A stretch of 64,000 nucleotides of DNA, from the NCBI GenBank assembly GCA_964549075.1, contig CAZJUB010000010.1, positions 1,575 through 65,574 on the forward strand. Reading direction: 5' to 3'. Under the pieces are notes generated by a model. That model was not told the origin of the DNA, made no database searches, and saw only the letters and a program-made list of their open reading frames with translations. Positions 57,427 through 64,000 of this stretch are shown in pieces. The position numbers and the translations under genes were made by a program. How positions within the stretch are numbered: position 1 is the stretch's first letter; every line of letters begins with the position of its first letter. Source of the DNA: an uncultured archaeon. GTDB lineage: Archaea > Asgardarchaeota > Heimdallarchaeia > Heimdallarchaeales > Heimdallarchaeaceae.

Positions 57427-57729
57427 ATGAGAATATTAGGATTTGATTCGATGGGAACAAATCAAGAGAACATGAAAAAAAACCCATTTCACATAATCTA
57501 TGAATTATCAAAGAAGCTAAAAGATATTGATGAACTGACAGACGAGAAATTATTGATAATCTTTGATGAAATGGCAGAGGAGTTTGCAAGCGGAAGTTAT
57601 GGGTATCAATACTTACCAGACTTTCTTATAGGATATAGTGAAGCGCAACAAGAGAAAAAACCGGTTAAAAAACGAAAAATTTCAGGAAGCATAGTTCTGG
57701 ACGGAAACTATTGCTTCCTTTCACGATAA
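57427..57729 (+). CDS. Small hypothetical protein, possible distant member of family S (S4)
   Basis: ELTDEKLLIIFDEMAEEFA resembles EFEKEEEIFKMIDQIAETIF of S1. It is divergent from P4. The start is uncertain (an internal MKKNPFH is possible). Confidence 0.35.
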   Translation: MRILGFDSMGTNQENMKKNPFHIIYELSKKLKDIDELTDEKLLIIFDEMAEEFASGSYGYQYLPDFLIGYSEAQQEKKPVKKRKISGSIVLDGNYCFLSR

Positions 57730-57790
57730 AAAGAAGTTAAGAAGCATGCTGATTTGAAGCTCACCTTTTCAAACTTCTTCTTTCTTCTTT

Positions 57791-58453
57791 TTAACAACCA
57801 CATTTCTGTAGTTCTTCCTTAAAATTATCACTATTCATAATCAAAATTACTTTTCCTAATAAATCAAAAATCTTATCTACATCCTTGAAAGAATAACCTG
57901 ATATAAGATCATTAATTGTATCATCATTCTTCTCAAAAAACGCAGCTAGTTCATTATTAGTAGTATTAGCAGTCTTACTCATTAGTTTTGCAAGATTTTC
58001 AGAGTTTATGTTCTTACAAGTATATAATGTAAGCAACTCTTTTAAAGTCTCAATCATTTTTTGATTATCCGTATCTGGTTTGTAACCTTGATCATCAGTC
58101 CAATAATCTTCTTTAAGTGCTAGATTCCAAAAAATCTTAGCTGTGCGACCGTAGAGAGTCTCAGTCGCAGATTGACCAGTAGTTATTATTTTACCTACTT
58201 CAGCTACTAGATTATATTTAGCAAGTTCCTTGAGATATCTATAAATTGTCATTTCAGATTTCGGTTCAGAAGCAAGCTCATTATATTTTTCAACAAGTTC
58301 TTTAATAGTCATTGGACCTTCTCGTAGAATTATTATAATTGGTTCATAATTCTTATCAAATAATTTCTCTACTGTTTCCTCATCTCTGATAACCATTACA
58401 CCCAGTTGTTCTCTAGTTATTACTCTCTGTTGCTTTGAACTCATTTTATTCAC
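57791..58453 (-). CDS. Lineage-specific winged-helix protein, paralog P5
   Basis: IIIILREGPMTIKELVEKYNEL, TIYRYLKELAKYNLVAEVGKIITTGQSATETLYGRTAKIF, and C-terminal DNFKEELQKCGC. Confidence 0.65.
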   Translation of the reverse strand: MNKMSSKQQRVITREQLGVMVIRDEETVEKLFDKNYEPIIIILREGPMTIKELVEKYNELASEPKSEMTIYRYLKELAKYNLVAEVGKIITTGQSATETLYGRTAKIFWNLALKEDYWTDDQGYKPDTDNQKMIETLKELLTLYTCKNINSENLAKLMSKTANTTNNELAAFFEKNDDTINDLISGYSFKDVDKIFDLLGKVILIMNSDNFKEELQKCGC

Positions 58454-58614
58454 TTTTTCTATTCACATAAAGTATGTTTTACATATTAATAAGCGTTTTT
58501 ATACGAGAAGATATTGCAATTTTCATTTGATGATGGCAACATTTTCTTATAACGAAAGGTTTATTAACATTAAATGAAATACTATTCTTAAGCAATAAGA
58601 ATGGTGAAACAAAA

Positions 58615-58854
58615 ATGGCAACAGCAACAGTATCAAAAACAATAGAAATCTCAGATTTAAAATGTTGTAAGGAAGAATCAATATATGAACGCCTTCAGAG
58701 ATTAACTGTAAGCGCAAATAATCATTATAAAGTAGAAACCAACAGTATTTCAACTCAAACACCTCAACTGAAATCAGTTGATACACTATTTAAAATTCAC
58801 AAAGATAAAGCAATTAGAACAGCTCTACTCCACAGAGGATCCCTTAACTATTAG
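58615..58854 (+). CDS. Small hypothetical protein (S3), divergent from P5
   Basis: 79 aa. A T-rich tract at 58855-58887 follows the stop. The C-terminal LLHRGSL resembles LILHKGSL of S2. It is preferred over the overlapping minus-strand ORF. Confidence 0.35.
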   Translation: MATATVSKTIEISDLKCCKEESIYERLQRLTVSANNHYKVETNSISTQTPQLKSVDTLFKIHKDKAIRTALLHRGSLNY

Positions 58855-59028
58855 ATTTTTCCTCTTTTTTCCTCTTTATTTTATTTATGAAAGGCTTAGA
58901 ATTTTAGTCTTAGAATGCAAATAAGTTGTTGATTTATTCAAGAAACAATTTCCACTCTACTTTAAATTTCGTTTTTTCAAAATTCAGAAGCACATCACTT
59001 TTAAAGAGATAACAATTGCTTTGGATTA

Positions 59029-59472
59029 ATGAATTGGAAGAGATTTGTTCGCAAATATTCCGTTAGATTCGGAATGTATGTTTTAATTACTGCGGTTCTA
59101 ATGACTGCAAGTGTTCTAATATATAATAGCAAATTAACACCATATATTTATTCAAATGACAGTTGGGACCAGATTGAGCCATTTGTTCCTACTACAAACA
59201 TATCCTATAATATTCTTTTTGACCAACACTCCCACACCTATTATAGTGATGGTATTTTAAGTGTTGAACAAAACATCAGATGGCACATTGCCATGGGATT
59301 TAATGCTGGTGCGATTACAGATCATAACAACTTGAAAAGTTCAGAGGAGATTGCGGAGTTAACTCCAAAATATCAAGATCAGATTTCAATTATTCAAGGT
59401 ATGGAATGAACCACACAGAGAATTCACTTGAATTTCTTAGGTATCTCTACCTGGGATTTACCTATACCGTAA
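59029..59472 (+). pseudogene. Truncated paralog of the PHP phosphoesterase with a TGA at a conserved Trp codon
   Basis: It is colinear with 12758-13339, with roughly half the residues identical by eye, including DQHSHT.YSDG and DHN. QGME-TGA-TTQRIHLNFLGI aligns to QGMEWTTNRVHLNFIGI. The frame ends at 59472 and the C-terminal half is absent. Confidence 0.7.
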
Positions 59473-59589
59473 TCAGCTGTAGTATGAAATCTTGATCAAT
59501 CTTGCCAACAAGAAATTTTGGGATAATTTTTGAAAGGAAAATTGAGCAACGACAAAAAAGAGTAAAAAATGAAAAGAATGATAACAAAA

Positions 59590-60597
59590 TTAGTCGATAA
59601 AAAGAAATGCTTCTTTCCCTTCTTTTCCCACAATTTCAAAACCATTCTTCAGATACAGGATTTTTGCAATATCATTGTTAGAGGTAACAGCTAACGAAAC
59701 TGTTTCACATTTATCTTCTTCGTAATATTTGATAATAGTATTTCTAAAAAGTACTTTACCTAAACCCAATCCTCTGTAATCTGGATGAACAACTAGGTCA
59801 ACAATTACACCTTTTCTATCTATAGGTGCCATATTAAGAATGTACCCAACAAGTTCTCCTTTTGAATTTTCAACAAGCATAGAGGTTTTATTGCTCAATC
59901 TTCCGTAATATCCTGAAATTAGTTTCATCATAAGAGAGATATTGTAACTGGAAAAATGTTTAGACAACAGAACCACATTATCAGTGAAATCTACTTTAGA
60001 ATAGACTACATTCATAAGACGAGCTATTTTATCTGTTGAAACCTCGTAAAGTGCTTTTAATTTGAACACTTGAGATCTTCTCCCTTTTTTCAATTTGAAA
60101 GATCTGTTAAAATCTAAAGAGTCGTATTTCTCTTTTAATAAGTGGGTTTTTCCTAAATCATACCATTTCTGGACATAATGTTCTTTAGTAAGGAGTAGAC
60201 TCATCCTTTTGTGAACCATAACTTCGTCAGGAAGTTTATCTATGTCTATATTAATAAAACTCATATCACTCATATTAAAAGCGTAAATTGCTTCTATAAA
60301 TTCCATTTTGCAGAAATTTATTAACTTATAAAAAACATTCAGCTCCTGAAGGTCAATATCTGGTAAAAATGCAATATGAATTAACTCGAGTATATTAGGC
60401 GCGACTTCATCTTTTACTCCAACAATTGTACCTAAAATCTTATCATCCTCATTTTCATCGATGAATTTCAGCAGATACATAACAGGAATATTAACAAATC
60501 GATCGTTAATTTCCTCTGGGGTCGTGTCAAATAAATCTCCGAGAAAATTAGCAATATTTTCAAAGTTTTCTTCAATTACCCACTTCATCACTATCAA
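59590..60597 (-). CDS. GNAT-family N-acetyltransferase (C-terminal GNAT domain, N-terminal degenerate second domain)
   Basis: Motif A VVDLVVHPDYRGLGLGKVLF and a downstream ...KILYLKNGFE. Confidence 0.7.
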   Translation of the reverse strand: MIVMKWVIEENFENIANFLGDLFDTTPEEINDRFVNIPVMYLLKFIDENEDDKILGTIVGVKDEVAPNILELIHIAFLPDIDLQELNVFYKLINFCKMEFIEAIYAFNMSDMSFINIDIDKLPDEVMVHKRMSLLLTKEHYVQKWYDLGKTHLLKEKYDSLDFNRSFKLKKGRRSQVFKLKALYEVSTDKIARLMNVVYSKVDFTDNVVLLSKHFSSYNISLMMKLISGYYGRLSNKTSMLVENSKGELVGYILNMAPIDRKGVIVDLVVHPDYRGLGLGKVLFRNTIIKYYEEDKCETVSLAVTSNNDIAKILYLKNGFEIVGKEGKEAFLFID

Positions 60598-60642
60598 CTT
60601 TTCATATTAGAGTTATAACATTTTCCGTAATTTCTTTGAAAA

Positions 60643-61440
60643 CTAGCTCTCTCCTACCTTATTTATCAGAAGTTTAAACCATTTAGGCATAATATAACCT
60701 AAATATCCTAAAATTATACCTATTAAAGCAAATACCCAACCTAAATAATAAAATGGAGTGTAACCTTTTGAAAAAGCACTTACATTAGAGATAAGAACTG
60801 TATCGCCTGCAAAAGAAAGGAATAATAAGGGAATAAAAATGCCATAGAGACCGATCAAAATGAAACCAACTTTATGAAAATGCTCAGTACTTAATCTTGA
60901 TTCCCTAAATGAAAATACAGAAATTAAACCATAGGAAATTAAAGATAGCAAAGATAAAGATATCACTATTAACTGAACTGATTTTTGTCGAATTAATCCA
61001 AAGCTCTGATCAATATAGATCCAGGTATAGATTTGAGGGAGAAGAAGACCAATTATAGTGCCATTTACCAAAACAAAAGAGAATGTAAAATCAATTCCTT
61101 TATTAAAATAGATGCTATCCACAAAAATTACAGCAAAGCAATTTGATATTGCTATAAAGATATAACTAAGAAGAGTGGTTAAATCAGTAATACTCAAATC
61201 TAGATAGTCTATGGGAGAAAAATACCCGACCCATCGTCCAATCGCAGTCGTCATACTAGCAAGAGTGAAACTAAGGAAAGTCAAACCGAGATAAAGGCCA
61301 GGTTTTTTCTTTCGTTCGAAATATTTCTTGAATACAAATAGTGTCAGAAAAACAAGAATACTAGCAACTAAAGTTTCAAGTATAATTGCACCCATTGGTA
61401 TTTTATTAGACCACCACTCCATTAAATCACCAGAAGGCAT
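60643..61440 (-). CDS. Seven-helix integral membrane protein of unknown function
   Basis: I count seven hydrophobic segments by eye. The start overlaps the upstream gene by 14 nt, or lies 4 nt downstream if Met7 is used. Confidence 0.55.
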   Translation of the reverse strand: MPSGDLMEWWSNKIPMGAIILETLVASILVFLTLFVFKKYFERKKKPGLYLGLTFLSFTLASMTTAIGRWVGYFSPIDYLDLSITDLTTLLSYIFIAISNCFAVIFVDSIYFNKGIDFTFSFVLVNGTIIGLLLPQIYTWIYIDQSFGLIRQKSVQLIVISLSLLSLISYGLISVFSFRESRLSTEHFHKVGFILIGLYGIFIPLLFLSFAGDTVLISNVSAFSKGYTPFYYLGWVFALIGIILGYLGYIMPKWFKLLINKVGES

Positions 61441-61873
61441 CAGAAATTATTTTGGTTGCTTTTCTCTGAGCTATCTCTTTATCTCCATTTTGCATCATAA
61501 GCTCTATGGAATCCTCTATCTCTTTGATTTCTTTACTACTTAGAAGATTATAATCTGATATCTCAGGATATTTTGTGCTGATATCTTTGAGAATTTTTGC
61601 AGTAATTTCATGCATAATATTTCGTTCAACTTCTTTTGTAGCTCTTCTGAGTAATGCTACAGCAAAATTATCTGTTAATTCAATAAAAACTTCAAATTTC
61701 TTTGTATCAACAAATTTTGGAACTCCTACATCGATTTCTTCCATAGCAGATTGAATAGCTGTCATTATTCCGCTAAAGAGCGCTTTATCAGTAAAACTAC
61801 TATGTTCATCTCCTTTATCAACAACAACTATTGGTAATCCAGTTCTAGAAATGACATAGACAGCTTGAATCAT
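61427..61873 (-). CDS. Small longin/roadblock-superfamily-like protein
   Basis: IQAVYVISRTGLPIVVV (beta hairpin), then LFSGIMTAIQSAMEEI (helix), then FVDTKKFEVFIELTDNFAVALL (strands), then helices. The beta-beta-alpha-beta-beta-beta-alpha order is judged by eye only. Confidence 0.35.
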   Translation of the reverse strand: MIQAVYVISRTGLPIVVVDKGDEHSSFTDKALFSGIMTAIQSAMEEIDVGVPKFVDTKKFEVFIELTDNFAVALLRRATKEVERNIMHEITAKILKDISTKYPEISDYNLLSSKEIKEIEDSIELMMQNGDKEIAQRKATKIISDAFW

Positions 61874-61934
61874 TGATACCTAAAAAACATGCTCAAATTT
61901 AAATGTGACGCATATCTATTTAAAGAAATCATGT

Positions 61935-62159
61935 TTAGAGATTATAACCTTTATATAAAGCTCGAAAAACCTCTTCTTTTGATCCACCATGTTTGTTGAT
62001 TATATCGATTATAATAGCAGCAATGAGTTGAATCTCTTCTGCAGTAAAATCACGTTCATCTAATTCTTCTTGTAATTTACGTAAAGCTGTAAACTTGTTT
62101 GCACCAAAATCAATTCTTCCTTCATATCTATCTTTAATTTCATCCATAAGATAACTCAT
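61935..62159 (-). CDS. Small hypothetical helical protein
   Basis: 74 aa. It is first in the minus-strand gene string. No motif. Confidence 0.4.
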   Translation of the reverse strand: MSYLMDEIKDRYEGRIDFGANKFTALRKLQEELDERDFTAEEIQLIAAIIIDIINKHGGSKEEVFRALYKGYNL

Positions 62160-62347
62160 TGTAACCCTCTTAAAAGATATAATCGATATTTATAAATTTT
62201 CAGTAATGAATTCCTCTTTTTTGTGATAGTTTAAAATCGAAGAAAAACAATTTCTCAGTTAGGTTTGGAATTAATAGAATTATTATAATATATAATCAGA
62301 AAACATTAAGATGTTGTTCATAAAACCTTACTCTTACCTATTTTAGT

Positions 62348-62926
62348 TTGGTGACTTATGTGCTATTAAAATTAAAAAAAAGGAAACAAATCTCCTTCTT
62401 TGCTGTTGGTATTTTCATTCTGCTCATATTCTCAGCTAGTCCTATAGCTGGAGATGATGGGGATGACGGGGATAGTTCTAAAAACATAGGATATATTGCT
62501 ATAAGTCTTTTTGTTTTAGGCATGATCAATGTTGTTTTCTTATATGCGTATAGGATAACTAGAAGATTTCTTAGTGAAGAAGGTCTTGCTGGAAAAACTC
62601 GGGATTTCACCAGAGAAGCTTATATTGTAACAAGAAAACCACTAAATTGGGTACATTATTTATTAACATTTTCTGCAACTACAATAATCATTCTTCATGG
62701 GTTTAGATTGATGAATAAAGAAGAGGAAGTAGGCATATTTGGTTGGATTGCTACGGCAATATTCCTTTTTTACATTTTAACTGGGATTATCATTAAACTC
62801 AGAATTAAACCTTTCTGGAATCATAAAAACATAAGATATCTATTAAATTTTCTTCATAGAAACCTAATTATCTTCATTATAGTAATTTTTATTCATATAG
62901 TTCATATTCTTGCTTCAGACGAGTAA
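62348..62926 (+). CDS. Hypothetical membrane protein with conserved-looking intramembrane histidines
   Basis: Five hydrophobic helices with His in helices (VHYLL...ILHGF and FIHIVHIL). The acidic loop is GDDGDDGDS. Confidence 0.45.
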   Translation: MVTYVLLKLKKRKQISFFAVGIFILLIFSASPIAGDDGDDGDSSKNIGYIAISLFVLGMINVVFLYAYRITRRFLSEEGLAGKTRDFTREAYIVTRKPLNWVHYLLTFSATTIIILHGFRLMNKEEEVGIFGWIATAIFLFYILTGIIIKLRIKPFWNHKNIRYLLNFLHRNLIIFIIVIFIHIVHILASDE

Positions 62927-63013
62927 AAACACATTTTTCTCAAAGATTTAATTAATTAAACAAAACGCTTATCTAATGTAAAATTTATAAGCTTGAAATT
63001 ATTTACCTAAGAC

Positions 63014-63472
63014 ATGTCAGAATCGACATCAACAACAACAACAACAACAACTAAAAAGACTCCGGCAAAAAAAGCAACAACAGCTCCACCTTCACCATCG
63101 AAGGATAAATGGAGATTTGCTGGATATTGGAATGCTTTAATAGGTGCCTTTATACTAATAGTACAAGGATTTTTACTATTTTTCAATGGTCTTGCTGGAG
63201 GGATAGGATTCCTAGCAGGCTCAAACATCTTTGTTACTTTTGGTTCTAATTGGGGAATATGGCTTGCAGCAGCTCTTCAAATGGCTCTCGGTATTTTTAT
63301 ATTAATATTGATTTGGGCAACAATTCAAAAATTACTAAATATTGGAGTCTTAGTAAAAGATACCATGTGGTTAGGGATTATTCTCTTACTAATTGGTATA
63401 ATAACCTTAGGTCTTGGAGGAGCTCTTGTATTAGTTGGAGGTATATTTTACCTCTTAAGCATACCAAAGTAA
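63014..63472 (+). CDS. Hypothetical membrane protein with a poly-Thr N-terminus
   Basis: MSESTSTTTTTTTKK... is followed by four hydrophobic helices, and an oligo-T tract follows the stop. Confidence 0.5.
   Translation: MSESTSTTTTTTTKKTPAKKATTAPPSPSKDKWRFAGYWNALIGAFILIVQGFLLFFNGLAGGIGFLAGSNIFVTFGSNWGIWLAAALQMALGIFILILIWATIQKLLNIGVLVKDTMWLGIILLLIGIITLGLGGALVLVGGIFYLLSIPK
63029..63052 (+). repeat. (ACA)n trinucleotide microsatellite inside the coding N-terminus
   Basis: tcaacaacaacaacaacaacaact encodes the Thr run. Confidence 0.8.
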
Positions 63473-63513
63473 TTCCTTTTCTTTTTTCTTTTTTCTTTTT
63501 TTTTTCTTTTTGA
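63473..63513 (+). terminator. Oligo-T archaeal-type terminator
   Basis: ttccttttcttttttcttttttcttttttttttctttttg lies directly after the stop at 63472. Confidence 0.5.
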
Positions 63514-63629
63514 ATGGTGTTTAACAATTTCTCATTCTTTTACACTTTGTTTTTTTAACGCATAAGATTTAAATAACAGATTCAGCTTAAAAGATGAATA
63601 AGTAATCAATTTACGAAGGCGATTTAAAA

Positions 63630-64000
63630 ATGAGAAATAAACATATATTAATGATTACTCTTTCTCTGCTTCTTCTTGTACAACCATTTATCTCAAAAGA
63701 TGTTACTTTAGCGCAAGTTATGCGTTTTGAAAATACCACTGCTATTGCTTCTTCAGAAATAACTGCAGTTAAACAAGATATTGGCTTAAGTGGAGAAGAA
63801 TACATTAAGACGAATTTTGTACATAATCCTGGTTTTGAGTATACTGATACATATGGGGGACCAGGAGATAGTAATTATTATAATTCCCCTATACAATATT
63901 CTGATGAAGTTTATACAGCTAATACACATTCTGGGACTTACGCTTGTAGAATCTTTGGTCAAGGAAATGCACAGCAAATGTCTTACGCTTACGCTTATAG
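63630..64000 (+). CDS. 5' part of a secreted protein gene running off the window end (partial)
   Basis: ATG at 63630. MRNKHILMITLSLLLLVQPFISKDVTLAQ is signal-peptide-like and the frame is open to position 64000. It is absent from the ORF track because no stop lies in the window. Confidence 0.5.
   Translation, partial: MRNKHILMITLSLLLLVQPFISKDVTLAQVMRFENTTAIASSEITAVKQDIGLSGEEYIKTNFVHNPGFEYTDTYGGPGDSNYYNSPIQYSDEVYTANTHSGTYACRIFGQGNAQQMSYAYAY

Noticed and set aside
57362-57589. Minus-strand 75-aa ORF overlapping the P4 upstream region
   Set aside because: It overlaps the likely promoter and 5' end of P4 as well as the plus-strand ORF 57427-57729. It has no family resemblance.
58547-58786. Minus-strand 79-aa ORF overlapping the plus-strand ORF 58615-58854
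   Set aside because: It is Leu/Phe-rich, a typical antisense product of AT-rich sequence. The plus-strand ORF is followed by an oligo-T tract and shares a C-terminal motif with S2. Neither ORF is strongly supported.
59407-59409. TGA at a conserved Trp position as evidence for TGA-to-Trp or selenocysteine recoding
   Set aside because: TGA terminates well-supported genes in this window (7813-7815 and 10105-10107). The copy is also truncated 22 codons later, which fits a decaying pseudogene.
60643-61440. The seven-helix membrane protein as a microbial rhodopsin
   Set aside because: There is no Lys within the seventh helix (the only nearby Lys is after the helix, in MPKWFK), and there are no DTD/DTE-type helix-3 motifs.
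63007-63977. ORFs 63007-63228 (-), 63250-63513 (+), 63611-63805 (-) and 63786-63977 (-)
   Set aside because: The first two overlap the better-supported membrane protein gene 63014-63472 or run into its T-rich terminator. The last two are antisense to the signal-peptide-bearing partial gene starting at 63630.
1-64000. Search by eye for CRISPR arrays, tRNA/rRNA genes, transposases, integrases and long terminal or inverted repeats
   Set aside because: I found no regularly spaced direct repeats, no GC-rich structured islands of tRNA/rRNA size in the intergenic regions, and no recombinase-like ORFs. A proper tRNAscan/Infernal/CRISPR-finder run would be needed to exclude small RNAs.

Overview
This is a visibly AT-rich archaeal chromosomal segment. 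BRE/TATA-like promoters, oligo-T terminators, C-terminally anchored secreted proteins and 4-17 nt gene overlaps all fit that call. A eukaryote-like actin-family protein, a NABP/SOSS-B-type single-OB SSB and a longin/roadblock-like small protein point to an Asgard (Lokiarchaeia-like) genome; this is inference and was not searched. I saw no rRNA, tRNA, CRISPR array, transposase or integrase. Content in order: (1) 0.2-12.3 kb holds an intracellular beta-lactamase-fold hydrolase divergent from a five-gene Opp/Dpp-type peptide ABC transporter, with a translationally coupled TPR-wHTH protein; both permeases carry large repeated polytopic N-terminal extensions. (2) 12.3-14.6 kb holds a membrane-anchored PHP phosphoesterase broken by one in-frame TAG, and an S8 subtilase. 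(3) 14.7-17.5 kb holds larE-larC-larB with no larA in the window. (4) 17.5-36 kb is mixed housekeeping: SDR, GT-C-like membrane protein, DUF1684, SSB, LLM oxidoreductase plus an ACP-like protein, DUF1015, the actin homolog, ketopantoate-reductase-like protein, a PGDH/class-V aminotransferase pair, a USP-like protein with an E/K-rich tail, two tandem ArsB/NhaD permeases and a lipid kinase. (5) 36-52 kb holds DUF3160, a membrane-tethered wHTH plus orphan histidine kinase, two DegV proteins, an HD protein, GH127, a ParB/Srx-like protein, a methyltransferase, a coiled-coil wHTH protein and a SagB-type dehydrogenase. (6) 52-59.5 kb is the most unusual region: five intact and one decayed copy of a lineage-specific winged-helix protein, interleaved with small helical and small Cys-rich ORFs and bounded by a truncated PHP pseudogene. 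(7) 59.6-62.2 kb is a tightly packed minus-strand gene string: small protein, longin-like protein, 7-TM membrane protein, GNAT. All functional calls come from motif recognition by eye; no database search was run.
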